From UHGV virus genome UHGV-1351772: a stretch of DNA of 64,000 bases; one strand, given 5' to 3'. Under the pieces are notes generated by a model. The model did not search any database. It was given only the letters and a program-made list of their open reading frames with translations, and was not told the DNA's origin. Source of the DNA: a virus. A program made the translations under genes and the position numbers. Of the stretch, positions 37,746 through 48,110 are shown one piece after another. Positions within the stretch are counted from its first letter, which is position 1, and each line of letters starts with the position of its first letter.

Positions 37746-39845
37746 TTACTCAATGATAGTCGCGGCCACCGTATTGTCGTATAACGACGCCGGACGTTTA
37801 CGTGACGTGTAGAAACGCACGTTGTCCAGGTTTTTCTGTTGGCCTTCGAATAACAACATCGGTACAGCTGAACGCATCGCAATCAACGTGTTGTGATCCT
37901 CGAAACGTTTGCCATCCATCACATCAGCATCTTCACTATCAAACCCAACCGCCGGGAAAGGATTGGTCGGTGATTCAACGCGTGATATCGCCAGCATAAT
38001 CGCGATGTGTGTCATCGGAATACCACCGAGCTTACGTTGGATATATTTAAACACATCAAATAACGCGTGCGTACATTGTTTCTCCGTAGCACCGCGCATC
38101 TGAACCAGTGTCGTTGGTTTTACCTTACCTGACTTCTTGCTCAAACGCATTGAGTCATCAGAGAACTGTTCGAAAGTATCCGATTTATCAGACGCAACCG
38201 AACGAAGTTTCAATTCTAACCCTGCTACAAACTCCGCCATAGATTCAGACCGATTCGTATAAATTAGTATCGGCCAACTCGGTTTCCATCCTTTCAGGGG
38301 AATCCGTACCAGCTTCTTCGACGGGAAGGTAATGTTATCGCGCTGTTTCAGGAAGAAATGTAAGAAGGCTTTCGAGAAGTTACCACAAACCCCCATACGG
38401 ACGTCAATGGGATCTTCGGCCAACACATTCCCAGCTTCATCCAACCGCAAAAAGGTCAGTTCGTTAATCTCCGGCAATGCCGTTTCGTCGATCACTTCCA
38501 AATCATCGTGATACGCGATTTGGCTGATTTCAGAATAGACTTCATCGGAAATAACGAGTTGGTATTCATCCCAATTACCGTACTGCGGTTTCTCCCGTAA
38601 ACTCAATCCTTTTACGGAGTTGTGTTTATACTCACCAAGATAATCCCGCATTCTTGGAGTCAGCACCAGATTCAGCAGATAGCGTAAGAAGTCCAGGTGT
38701 TTCGTTGAGAGAATCCCCTGTGTACCCTTTTCAGATATCGAGGTTGAGGCCAAGTGGCCTGGTGACGTTCCCGGCGAAAGGTTATAAATCAAATCACCCA
38801 TGCAGGTTGCACAAATGCTTTGACGCGCCATCCCCTTACAACACATCGCGGTACGAAACTCAATAGGTTTGCCTAAGACTTTCTCAAACTCCCCTTTCTC
38901 GAATCGTAACCACGGGCCACCCACACCTTCAAAACGATAACGCATTCCCACCATCGCATCGTACTTCTTACGCTCCAGTTTACTTTCTGTAAACGTGTGG
39001 CGATGAACGTGATGTGTACCACAATCGTCGTATTCGAAATACATTAACACGTTGGCTGCTAACTGTAGCTTACGTGACGCATATTCCGCATCGGCGATTT
39101 TATCGGTATTATACAGGTGAGTACGTGACGTCGCTCCCGCTTCTTTCAGACGGCTAATTACAGAATGTAGACCCGTAAAGAAACCTTCCCATACCTGGTT
39201 GGAATAAACGCGAGAATCAATCTCTGATGTTTTCCCACGTATATACGCCTGAAGAACCTGGTTCATTTTGATGGTCTTATCCAAGACCGACATCACCACA
39301 GGGTTTAAACGAAGTTGTGGGTCTTTGAAGATATCTTCGATAAGAAGATACGCTTCTTCGATCATATCCCGACCTTCTTCGTCGTACCCAGTAGGATACA
39401 TTTGTGCCCACTGATGAATCTGCGTAAAATTTCGGTGTTGGTAAATTTCCATCATCGTATCGTAGTCAATCGTGACGCAATACGACAACAGATTTTTCAC
39501 CGATAAGTTAAACGCATCCGCATAGACGTGCTGCTGCAATAAATAGCGGGTATCTGCTAAATCCACACCCGCTTTACGTGCTGCCACAGCTGCCAATGAC
39601 ATAAACTTCAGATGTGCGTCATCTGTAGCGGTGTCGCCATGTTTATACGCCATTTGCGAACTGATTGGGATCTGCGGATAAAATCGTGTTAGCCCCCAAT
39701 AAGGCCAACTGATTTTAATGTGGCGTCCTGACATGTTTAAGGTTATCCCGTCATCGAACGTCACTTCATATCTGCCGCGCAATAGCCACACCTGATCCGA
39801 GTTCAGTTTACACAGATCACGCACGTGAACTGGAGTGCCCTTCAT
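37746..39845 (-). CDS. multisubunit RNA polymerase beta-prime-like subunit, C-terminal portion
   Basis: CATCMGDL...ISEKGTQGILSTKHLD resembles bacterial beta-prime CAKCYGRDL...IGEPGTQLTMRTFHIG region; immediately downstream of and coupled to the beta-like gene. Confidence 0.6.
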   Translation of the reverse strand: MKGTPVHVRDLCKLNSDQVWLLRGRYEVTFDDGITLNMSGRHIKISWPYWGLTRFYPQIPISSQMAYKHGDTATDDAHLKFMSLAAVAARKAGVDLADTRYLLQQHVYADAFNLSVKNLLSYCVTIDYDTMMEIYQHRNFTQIHQWAQMYPTGYDEEGRDMIEEAYLLIEDIFKDPQLRLNPVVMSVLDKTIKMNQVLQAYIRGKTSEIDSRVYSNQVWEGFFTGLHSVISRLKEAGATSRTHLYNTDKIADAEYASRKLQLAANVLMYFEYDDCGTHHVHRHTFTESKLERKKYDAMVGMRYRFEGVGGPWLRFEKGEFEKVLGKPIEFRTAMCCKGMARQSICATCMGDLIYNLSPGTSPGHLASTSISEKGTQGILSTKHLDFLRYLLNLVLTPRMRDYLGEYKHNSVKGLSLREKPQYGNWDEYQLVISDEVYSEISQIAYHDDLEVIDETALPEINELTFLRLDEAGNVLAEDPIDVRMGVCGNFSKAFLHFFLKQRDNITFPSKKLVRIPLKGWKPSWPILIYTNRSESMAEFVAGLELKLRSVASDKSDTFEQFSDDSMRLSKKSGKVKPTTLVQMRGATEKQCTHALFDVFKYIQRKLGGIPMTHIAIMLAISRVESPTNPFPAVGFDSEDADVMDGKRFEDHNTLIAMRSAVPMLLFEGQQKNLDNVRFYTSRKRPASLYDNTVAATIIE

Positions 39846-42082
39846 TATTCATCGCCCCTTTTCATTTTCACCAATTCAAACCCTTCACAGCTGTGAATGT
39901 TTTTCATCATCCTGTCAATCTGTGAATCCCCTAACGGGAATTTATTTCGGTCTACCAGTGGACCCGGATTAGACGGGGTTTGAGATCGATAAAGCCCTAC
40001 TAAAATCTCACGATGCACCGCAGGGTTATTTGCCCTGTCGTGAACTTCTTCGTAGTTACCTGGACCATAACCCGCTAACAGTCGTTCTTCCGAAGGACCA
40101 GCCCATTTTAGCGTTTTATAGTTTATCGGATACGAACCGCGGCCTTGGTTAGACGCGTCTATCGTACCCAGATAATTCAGATACATTGACGAGATACTGG
40201 AAAACTCACGACCTGTTTTATCCAGACGTAATGTTTCCACACCACCTACGTAAAACTCATTTTTTGTCCATTCCTGTTTACCATCGAAATTAGTAATCAG
40301 GAGTTTGGATTTACGCGGTTTAAATTCACCCAACCGTTCACTGATATCGACTGGCGTGTCGTCAAGTTCATGTGGTAAGTAAATACGGATTGTAAAATCG
40401 TAAATCTCTTTGAAAAGTTCGCGTTGTAAATCCTCCGTAGGATGCGTTGCCTGTAGTGTATTGGCCCATTCTGGATTATAGCGTGATAGATAATCCATCA
40501 GGATTTCCCAGCTCTCGCTGATACGTCCTTCATCCAGCAATGGTTTGAGACGCATTTTCAACTGTTCAGACGCAGCTGACCAATACATGTGGAATAATGC
40601 TGCATAAGTCGAGCGACGAATTACAGCGTTCATCGAACGTAAAACGTGAACACGTTCACCGAATTCGTTAATCGGCATCTGTTCAACGGGTAATACACGT
40701 CCAACAATCCCTTTCGTACCCGAGCGGTCGGTAATCTTAGACGACACCGTTACCGGGATCGGATAACGAACAGCAATACGAATGGTATACGTGTTGATGG
40801 GATCGCTGAGTCCACGTTGTACTGGCGAGGTCAACTTAGAAAGAATCTGCTGACTGACATTTTCTTTACCGTATTCACCACGACGAATTGCTTCATCAAT
40901 CACCACGCGTATCTCTTCACGAAACTCGTGATAGACCTCGTACGTTTCAGAAGCGAACGCTTTTTCCAACAACACACACGCTTTCGGCGACCAGATAATA
41001 TTTTTGTCACGGGACATCGAGAAATAGAATCGTACGATGGCATTGTAATAGTCTTTCAATGCTAATGCGTATTTATCCAGTTCTCGTTTGTTCTCTTCGG
41101 TACAAGAAATATTGTTAGCACCATTCGCGCAAGACGTTTCATCACGCCACACCTGGATATCGACGATACGTGTACCGCTACGCTCCATCAGTTCTTTGTC
41201 GCCTGCAAGACGTGCTTTATAATGGACGGGATCGGCATCCACATATTCGCAACTATCAAAGAACGGAGAGACGTGTTGAGTTTCCCCAAGCGACGCATCA
41301 ATTGCACCGTAAAGCTCATCGAAACGACGCGATGCAATGACCAACCCATCGTCACGAATAGCCTCTCCTACATCCGGGAAATACCGTGGGACGCGATTAC
41401 CGTTCGGATCGATGTAACCGTAAGTATCCAGTAAAAACTCGTCTTCACGTAGCGTCTTTTCAACGATTTTCAAACCATAACCGTGGAGTTTTTGGGCGGC
41501 GTACTCAGAGATGGTGTAAGAATCCTCGATGATATCAGAATGCGAAATCGTAACGGTTGGTAGCACGACGCTATCGGCGTACTCGCCTTCCACCATACAC
41601 GACATCGTTGTAAGGATTTCATCCTTTTCCAACTGATCGGTTTCGCCACGTAAAATACTACGCAGTTTCATCGACTCACGTTTCTCAGATGAGAAGATGT
41701 TGTCGTGGTTAGTATAGAAGTTAATCTCTAGCACATCTATCATGGTTTTACCGCCCTTCATTTCTGCACGGCGGAAGAAGATAGCATGTTCTAACGCTTT
41801 AGAATCCCCACGACGACCATAACGTGTAAACGTCGCGCGGCGCTGACGACCGTCTTTGGTCATATAGTGGCAGATGCTACCGGGATCTTCTACAACGTCG
41901 TTGAACAGAAAATCGTGGTAGTTTATATCTGCCCCTGTAAAATGCGGCGATGGTTCAGGATTGTCGATAGGGACCGCAGACTTCATATGGTTGCCTACCA
42001 TCGATGCCCTTGCACCTGATACTTCGGTGATATTAATCTCACGGTCAGCCACACTGCTCATTAGCTCTACTGGCGTTTTCAT
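39845..42082 (-). CDS. multisubunit RNA polymerase beta-like subunit, C-terminal portion
   Basis: DRSGTKGIVG...MP matches beta GDK..GRHGNKGV...MP motif; PDVGEAIRDDGLVIA matches PNVGEAALSKLDESGIV. Confidence 0.8.
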   Translation of the reverse strand: MKTPVELMSSVADREINITEVSGARASMVGNHMKSAVPIDNPEPSPHFTGADINYHDFLFNDVVEDPGSICHYMTKDGRQRRATFTRYGRRGDSKALEHAIFFRRAEMKGGKTMIDVLEINFYTNHDNIFSSEKRESMKLRSILRGETDQLEKDEILTTMSCMVEGEYADSVVLPTVTISHSDIIEDSYTISEYAAQKLHGYGLKIVEKTLREDEFLLDTYGYIDPNGNRVPRYFPDVGEAIRDDGLVIASRRFDELYGAIDASLGETQHVSPFFDSCEYVDADPVHYKARLAGDKELMERSGTRIVDIQVWRDETSCANGANNISCTEENKRELDKYALALKDYYNAIVRFYFSMSRDKNIIWSPKACVLLEKAFASETYEVYHEFREEIRVVIDEAIRRGEYGKENVSQQILSKLTSPVQRGLSDPINTYTIRIAVRYPIPVTVSSKITDRSGTKGIVGRVLPVEQMPINEFGERVHVLRSMNAVIRRSTYAALFHMYWSAASEQLKMRLKPLLDEGRISESWEILMDYLSRYNPEWANTLQATHPTEDLQRELFKEIYDFTIRIYLPHELDDTPVDISERLGEFKPRKSKLLITNFDGKQEWTKNEFYVGGVETLRLDKTGREFSSISSMYLNYLGTIDASNQGRGSYPINYKTLKWAGPSEERLLAGYGPGNYEEVHDRANNPAVHREILVGLYRSQTPSNPGPLVDRNKFPLGDSQIDRMMKNIHSCEGFELVKMKRGDE

Positions 42083-42110
42083 TTTAATGCTCCTTTAGGT
42101 TGAATCAGTA

Positions 42111-42126
42111 GGATAATATCTATCTC
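42111..42126. promoter_or_regulatory. palindromic promoter-like motif GGATAATATCTATCTC with AT-rich box
   Basis: In divergent intergenic region, upstream of ATG 42146. Confidence 0.5.
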
Positions 42127-42145
42127 ACTTATTTTAGGAACGATT

Positions 42146-42469
42146 ATGTTAGACAATTTTATTACCCTAGAAGAATTCATACCTGCGCCTTACACCACGA
42201 CGTGGAAAGTGATGCACGATTACACAGACTATCTGCGTAAACACCCGAAAACTAAAATAGAAAATGTTGACCCACGCTACAGTTGGCCTGAGGTCCACAA
42301 TTTCTACGCCTACTGTAAACTCAAAGGTTACGCCGATATCATTATCTATCCGATGATGCTATTAAACGGGCTAGAAGACCCCATGAATTTCACCCCTGAA
42401 ATCACGCAACTAATCGTACCCGACGTCGGAACGGTTAGTGAGATTATTAGCACCATCGGTAATGATTAA
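42146..42469 (+). CDS. hypothetical protein
   Basis: 107-aa ORF preceded by motif, followed by terminator. Confidence 0.5.
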   Translation: MLDNFITLEEFIPAPYTTTWKVMHDYTDYLRKHPKTKIENVDPRYSWPEVHNFYAYCKLKGYADIIIYPMMLLNGLEDPMNFTPEITQLIVPDVGTVSEIISTIGND

Positions 42470-42473
42470 AAAA

Positions 42474-42497
42474 AGAAGGGACCGAGTCCCTTCTTTT
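42474..42497. terminator. bidirectional terminator
   Basis: gaaggga-ccga-gtcccttc with A-run before and T-run after; between convergent genes. Confidence 0.6.
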
Positions 42498-42506
42498 ATA
42501 CTTCAC

Positions 42507-43886
42507 TTAGCGCGTAAATGGCGAAGTTGCAAATCCACCGAAGCTGCTTTGCGGCTGTCCGCCAAAACTGCTATTCGTTGCAAATGCTGAACTCGTGCTA
42601 AACGCGCTAGTCCCTCCTACGTTCCCGCTAAAAGAATTATTCCCTCCGCCAAAGGTACTTGCCAAAGAACCTCCGGTATTCCCTACACCGAAGTTACTCT
42701 GACCACCGAAAGGTGACACCTTGCGCTCTCCACCAAACGCATCCACAACAGAAATTCGACTTACCATACCGTTGGCAGGGTTAGTTGTTCCGTGCTGCTC
42801 GGCGTAACGTTGCATCGCTGGCGTCAAATTCCCATAAGGACTATGCGTGGCCATGTTACGTTCACGTGCGCGGAAGAATTCCATCGGATCGGACTTATCT
42901 GCTTTATCTGCATCCGATGCACGTTTTTGTGGAATCTGCTGTGGTGCCTGTGCACGATCAATACGGAAATCATGCGCCGTGGTATCACGTTCAGGGCTGT
43001 CAGAACGTGGGCCGGTGTTATACGGTAAGGTCTGAATGACGTTATCGTAAATATCCATATTGTCCAGCTGAGAAATCCATTCATCTTCCAACGGACGTAA
43101 AGAAGTGTGGTCGCGCAATCCCTTAACGACGTTGTTATAGTTCACAACGTACTGCGCCCAACCACGCGCTAAGCAACCGAAATACGGACGCGAATCATTA
43201 GACCCCGTTACGCTCGGATACCAACCGAACACGGTGGTCAATAAACGATGGATAATGATTTTGTCTTGTTTACGTTGAAGCTTCGCAGAGAAGTACATTG
43301 CAGTACCATCTAACGATTCTTCTTCGAACATATTCCGATAATTAGCTACACGGTTAAACTTCACGCCGTCGATAACTAAATCAGACGCAATAAAAAGCTG
43401 GGTGATCTTGTGCTTTTTATCTTTTTCCAATTGTGCATAAACGAACGCCTTAACCGCTTCCCAGGATTTTACCAAACGTTCATCGAACGTCGGATCTTTC
43501 ATCCCTTCGCAAATCTGTTCTGTTAAGAATTTCTTGTAGGATGCAGAACGTACTGCTTTACCACTTGCCCCCGTTTCCAGAATCGCGTCGATTAATGCAA
43601 AGGAACGAATGAACAGGTTCGCATTAATGGATTTCTTCAGGAAACGAATTGTACCTGATTCACCTGCCAGTACCGATTCACACAGCGGATGAAATGCCTG
43701 ACATTCACGACCATCGTCGTCTTCCATGCCACGCTTAATCATCGCTGGGGTGGGAAGCGCCAAACGGCGCTTCACTTTGTTATACGTAAACTCTGCCGGT
43801 TCACCACCGTCACGAGTGAGTAAATCGTTTTCAAAATCGAATCCTTGTGATTTAAGAAACGATTTGTAGAATTCAATAATTTTCAT
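42507..43886 (-). CDS. hypothetical protein with C-terminal FG(G)-repeat low-complexity tail
   Basis: 459 aa; C-terminal ~70 aa contain AFGG, PFGG, NFG, TFGG, SFGG, SFGGF repeats in a Gly/Ser/Asn-rich context. Confidence 0.55.
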   Translation of the reverse strand: MKIIEFYKSFLKSQGFDFENDLLTRDGGEPAEFTYNKVKRRLALPTPAMIKRGMEDDDGRECQAFHPLCESVLAGESGTIRFLKKSINANLFIRSFALIDAILETGASGKAVRSASYKKFLTEQICEGMKDPTFDERLVKSWEAVKAFVYAQLEKDKKHKITQLFIASDLVIDGVKFNRVANYRNMFEEESLDGTAMYFSAKLQRKQDKIIIHRLLTTVFGWYPSVTGSNDSRPYFGCLARGWAQYVVNYNNVVKGLRDHTSLRPLEDEWISQLDNMDIYDNVIQTLPYNTGPRSDSPERDTTAHDFRIDRAQAPQQIPQKRASDADKADKSDPMEFFRARERNMATHSPYGNLTPAMQRYAEQHGTTNPANGMVSRISVVDAFGGERKVSPFGGQSNFGVGNTGGSLASTFGGGNNSFSGNVGGTSAFSTSSAFATNSSFGGQPQSSFGGFATSPFTR

Positions 43887-43908
43887 TTAAGAGTCCTTGA
43901 TTAATCTT

Positions 43909-45615
43909 TTACTCGCCGAATGCACCAAAACCAGACACTGGCGCAGGAGTTGACATATCGCTGCCGCCAAAGCTACCGAAGCTACCCAGGCTCGTAGGTG
44001 CAGACACAGGGGCAGTTGGAATATTCGACAGGATATTCGAACGGTTCTGACCACGGTTGAATTCTTGGTACCCTTCTTCCACTTTATTCATCAGCTGCGC
44101 TGTTTCTGCAGCTAACTGGTTCGTGTACTGAAGGTCAGTTGTTGTACCACAATGCAGACGTGCTTTCATGAACGACGCATGAGTATAATACTCAGGCAGC
44201 TCACCATCGATTTCAATTTCAATACGTGAAACCACCCCGACGATACATGTTACGGTCATCTTACAACGAATACGGTTGTGTTTAGTCACTTGCAAGAATA
44301 CGCCTTGTAAGTCACTTAAGAAGCGACGCGCTAACACATCCGGTAATCCGTCTTCAGTTAATGCCCCAACGTTGTGTTTTGACACTTGCAGCAGAGGAGG
44401 TGTTGCAATATCCGCCATACGGTTATCGTAGAAGAAAGTCACTTCACCGATAAGGTTACGAGTGACCACAGGCCCCAGTAACATGGCTAAATCAAATGCC
44501 ACCAACGAACCCTGAGTAGAATAGTTATTACGTCCTACCCAATCATCGGTGCGTTCAATTTCACCAAAACCACGACGAGCCGCGACAGCCAGCGAGTGCG
44601 CAATTGCAGCGTCCACGTCTTCGGGATTAATCACCGCATTACGCAAGTCGCACAGTTTGAATGCTGCACGGTTCGCAACGTTCCAACCGCTAGTCATATC
44701 GGACGTGGCGTTGGATATGGCTGTTCTAAAAGCCTTCACCAACTCGTAACTGTTGAAATTACGCATCACACCGATCTGGCTAAGTTCAGATTCTACCCCA
44801 AGAGAATGATCTCCTGCGAAGAAACTGTCTACTGCGCTCAACTCCGTTTCAATCCCCATGGTATTAATGAAGGAATTGGAGATCGCTGTCACGAAAGATT
44901 CTGGTCGGGTTAATTGACTAGACATCAACTGTGGCGCACGCTGGCAATTAGCGGAGATAACGGTGTTGTTATCCAGCTCAATCTGCTCACCAGCTTTCAC
45001 CACTTTACGTACCATATCAGCTGCTTTCGCGGTAGAAATAACGTCAATGGTGTGCTCTACATAGCTGTCTGCGGTTAATGTCTTGGACAACACATAGTTG
45101 TCTATCAAACGGAAGGAATCCGGGTTGATACGACGTCCACCGAACGCATCAGTGATATACGTACATTGTAACCCGTATATTTCGTTGATATACAGAACCA
45201 TGTCGTCCGGCAGGTGATTAAACATGGATCGCTCTGCCTGGGACGTATACCCGGAAACAACATAACGCGTTTCCTGAGTCCGTGTGTCGTTTAACGAGTT
45301 CGAAACAATAATCGCCACGAAGTTATACACACCAGTATCGCGAGAATTATACGCAAATTGGATTGGTTGCGATTCGTTATCACTCACGTTAATGAATGGA
45401 CGTTCAATGCCTGTTGGGGTATTGTCGAAACCCACAATCTGCCCCAGGGCTTCTTGATAAGCCCGAGAACCTGTTGCTTTATCACCGTGTTCTGCAACCA
45501 CATCCACTAACTCATCCAAAGCGTGCTGCGATTCAAAGAACCCAATACGACGACGAATCTGCTCTGGGATTTCGTACACTGGATACATTTGTAGTTTCAA
45601 AAGTTTCATTGCCAT
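43909..45615 (-). CDS. hypothetical protein with C-terminal FG-repeat tail
   Basis: 568 aa; C-terminus ...SLGSFGSFGGSDMSTPAPVSGFGAFGE. Confidence 0.55.
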   Translation of the reverse strand: MAMKLLKLQMYPVYEIPEQIRRRIGFFESQHALDELVDVVAEHGDKATGSRAYQEALGQIVGFDNTPTGIERPFINVSDNESQPIQFAYNSRDTGVYNFVAIIVSNSLNDTRTQETRYVVSGYTSQAERSMFNHLPDDMVLYINEIYGLQCTYITDAFGGRRINPDSFRLIDNYVLSKTLTADSYVEHTIDVISTAKAADMVRKVVKAGEQIELDNNTVISANCQRAPQLMSSQLTRPESFVTAISNSFINTMGIETELSAVDSFFAGDHSLGVESELSQIGVMRNFNSYELVKAFRTAISNATSDMTSGWNVANRAAFKLCDLRNAVINPEDVDAAIAHSLAVAARRGFGEIERTDDWVGRNNYSTQGSLVAFDLAMLLGPVVTRNLIGEVTFFYDNRMADIATPPLLQVSKHNVGALTEDGLPDVLARRFLSDLQGVFLQVTKHNRIRCKMTVTCIVGVVSRIEIEIDGELPEYYTHASFMKARLHCGTTTDLQYTNQLAAETAQLMNKVEEGYQEFNRGQNRSNILSNIPTAPVSAPTSLGSFGSFGGSDMSTPAPVSGFGAFGE

Positions 45616-45645
45616 TGTAAATGCTCCTTTAGGTCAAGCCGAAAA

Positions 45646-47358
45646 TTATTGATTAAACCATGCTACTTCTTCGCATTTCTTTCTGTTTTGAATTAACAGA
45701 AATTCTGCTAACATGTTCTGAAGTCGCGGATGAGGTGAATAGTCCAACATCACTGTCCCACACCGTAACATTCTGGCTGCTTCCGGTGTTGCCCTGAGAT
45801 TGAAGTTGAACGGTGCAATATGTTCACGAACCAACAAGCTGAGAGAATCCTTCAATGTTGATTGTTCGTAAGTATTACGATGCTTACGGTATGCTTGTGG
45901 ATAATATCTATCCGTTTTTATTTTAATCTCATTATCGATTGGCTCGATAGGATACCCGCCATTTAGCGGTGCCCGGATCATTTCACAACTTAACAACTGT
46001 GCAATCTCAGGCATTCCGTAATAGATGTAAACGGCTTGGGATATACCCATCGCGTTCTTAAACGCTTCTGCGTCGATTTCCTTGTATGTACGACGATCTG
46101 CAAATCGGTGCATCACTGCCGCCACCAACCATTCGTAGAGTTCGTAGAAAGGATATTGATGGTTAATGTTGATGGAATCTATCAACACTTTCACATCAGC
46201 GGGAGCAATATCGAGATTCAAAGCACGCACCGCACGACGATAGTCATTAAAGAATTCTTGAGTACGAACGAATTCCTTCATTGGTGCTTTAGTCCGAGCT
46301 TGAACCAGGTCAATCGACGAAGTTTTCCCCTTCTCGCCGTTGAACATGATTTTCTCAGGATTCGCTTTTAGCATCACGTTTTGACCGGAAATTTTTCCCG
46401 CGAAGCCCGTTTCAATTTCTTGCCGAATATTGAAATACATCCCCGCCACGATGTTGTTTTCAACCATCGTACCTGGTGGTAGTTCGGCACCGATTAACTT
46501 CATCGCAATTAAACGGATAACGGCGAACGCTATGATGTATTCCTCTACCATATCCGTACCGTAGCCGCAGATAGATGCCAGGACGGTAAGGTTTGCAGTA
46601 TTAGGTCCTTTACTCCCCCCGTCCTGAACTTTCGAAATCACCGACACTAAAAACTCACGCAACTTTGTAATGGCTGGCAGTGTAGCAATCTCGGTATCAG
46701 ACAACAGTTCCATGCAGTAGGTCAGGTTATAAACACTTTTGCGCTTCGACTCAACAGAAGCACGTGTTGCAGGAAAAGCGTCCAAAATCAAGAATACGGG
46801 AATAAACGGTTTTGTCATCAAAGACAAAATCACCAATTCGTAATAATCTTGTACGATATACGTCATCTCTTTTGGATAATTCGACGACATCTCTTCGTAC
46901 GTTTCGTGGACGTTTTGAGGAATCCACACCGAACCGTGTGGATAAAGCTGGCGGAATCTATCTGCGTGATGAAATTTAGCAATTCTCGCGACGAGCGTGG
47001 GGACGTGTTCACGAATAACTTCTGGGGGTTCATTAGCTAACAACTCTAATTCTTCGTAAACTGAAAACAGTTCGCTTTTCTCTTCAGGTGTTAAAGTTGA
47101 CCAATAACGCTCGATTTCCATGAACATGATTTTATCGTGCGTTACGATCTGTCCGAAACTATCGCGTACGTCTGGCACATTCACGTCTTTACGTCCATTT
47201 CGGAAACCATTAAACGCGACCTCTTTTTCGCCGTACTTTATCACTAAACGGTCACGATTCTTTTCAATGCGCATTTTAAAATCTCCAGGAATAACATAGT
47301 CGTCCACTAAGATAAAATCTATCTCAGATAACTTCGACTGTATTCTACACACATACAC
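45646..47358 (-). CDS. hypothetical protein
   Basis: 570-aa ORF. Confidence 0.55.
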   Translation of the reverse strand: MYVCRIQSKLSEIDFILVDDYVIPGDFKMRIEKNRDRLVIKYGEKEVAFNGFRNGRKDVNVPDVRDSFGQIVTHDKIMFMEIERYWSTLTPEEKSELFSVYEELELLANEPPEVIREHVPTLVARIAKFHHADRFRQLYPHGSVWIPQNVHETYEEMSSNYPKEMTYIVQDYYELVILSLMTKPFIPVFLILDAFPATRASVESKRKSVYNLTYCMELLSDTEIATLPAITKLREFLVSVISKVQDGGSKGPNTANLTVLASICGYGTDMVEEYIIAFAVIRLIAMKLIGAELPPGTMVENNIVAGMYFNIRQEIETGFAGKISGQNVMLKANPEKIMFNGEKGKTSSIDLVQARTKAPMKEFVRTQEFFNDYRRAVRALNLDIAPADVKVLIDSININHQYPFYELYEWLVAAVMHRFADRRTYKEIDAEAFKNAMGISQAVYIYYGMPEIAQLLSCEMIRAPLNGGYPIEPIDNEIKIKTDRYYPQAYRKHRNTYEQSTLKDSLSLLVREHIAPFNFNLRATPEAARMLRCGTVMLDYSPHPRLQNMLAEFLLIQNRKKCEEVAWFNQ

Positions 47359-47407
47359 GATAAAGAGCCCCAGGATATCCTGGGGCTATGTTATAGTTTT
47401 ACATTAT

Positions 47408-48052
47408 TTAGATAATATCGTCAAAATCGTTAGTTGGTGTTGGGGCTTTTGCAGCAGATTGGTTGTTATAACCTCCGCCGTTGCCGCCGTTATTGTAACC
47501 GCCGCGACCGTAACTACCACCACCCGCATTATTAAACTCACGCGGTTTGTAGTTGTCACGGAAATCTTCCAGGAATACATCCGCATTTTTCAGGAACGCG
47601 CGTAGCTGACGCTCTGCCAGTTCCAGATCGGAGACCAGTTGTCCATTACGGAAAACACGATAACCTTTCGGATAAGTGAAATAGAATTTCTTCTGACGCG
47701 CACCAACCCCTGGGATCTCGCCGCTCAGTGCAAAGAACGGTGTCAGATTTTCATCACGACCTACGTGTAAGCTAACCGGTGCCTTCTTACCTTTTGTATC
47801 TTCCCATTTGAAAACAACTTTTTCGGGTTTCTGCATCACCGTACGCAGGGTTTCAAAGATATCAACACAGACAGTATAACCTGCGGTGAAATAAAGACCT
47901 TCGCCTTTACCAAAGGAATAGTGGAATTTCATCAGTTCCACATCACCATTGAACTCGTTCAATTCAATGCCCAGTTTACGAGTACGGCCCTGTTGATCCG
48001 GCTCAGTCTGCGGGTAAAGCCATTTCTCTTTAAGGAAGTTTTTATTGACCAT
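47408..48052 (-). CDS. hypothetical protein; possibly SSB-like (Gly-rich linker plus acidic C-terminal tip)
   Basis: 214 aa; C-terminus GGGSYGRGGYNNGGNGGGYNN...NDFDDII resembles the Gly-rich linker and DFDDDIPF-type tip of bacterial SSB; N-terminal fold not verifiable by eye. Confidence 0.35.
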   Translation of the reverse strand: MVNKNFLKEKWLYPQTEPDQQGRTRKLGIELNEFNGDVELMKFHYSFGKGEGLYFTAGYTVCVDIFETLRTVMQKPEKVVFKWEDTKGKKAPVSLHVGRDENLTPFFALSGEIPGVGARQKKFYFTYPKGYRVFRNGQLVSDLELAERQLRAFLKNADVFLEDFRDNYKPREFNNAGGGSYGRGGYNNGGNGGGYNNQSAAKAPTPTNDFDDII

Positions 48053-48110
48053 TTACTTATCCTATTTTTACATTTTCGGAGTGCTCAAACTAACAAAACG
48101 ATCTGTAAAA

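Noticed and set aside
47408-47421. Promoter-motif variant TAGATAATATCG overlapping the last codons of 47408..48052
   Set aside because: Imperfect match inside coding sequence; not counted as a confident motif copy
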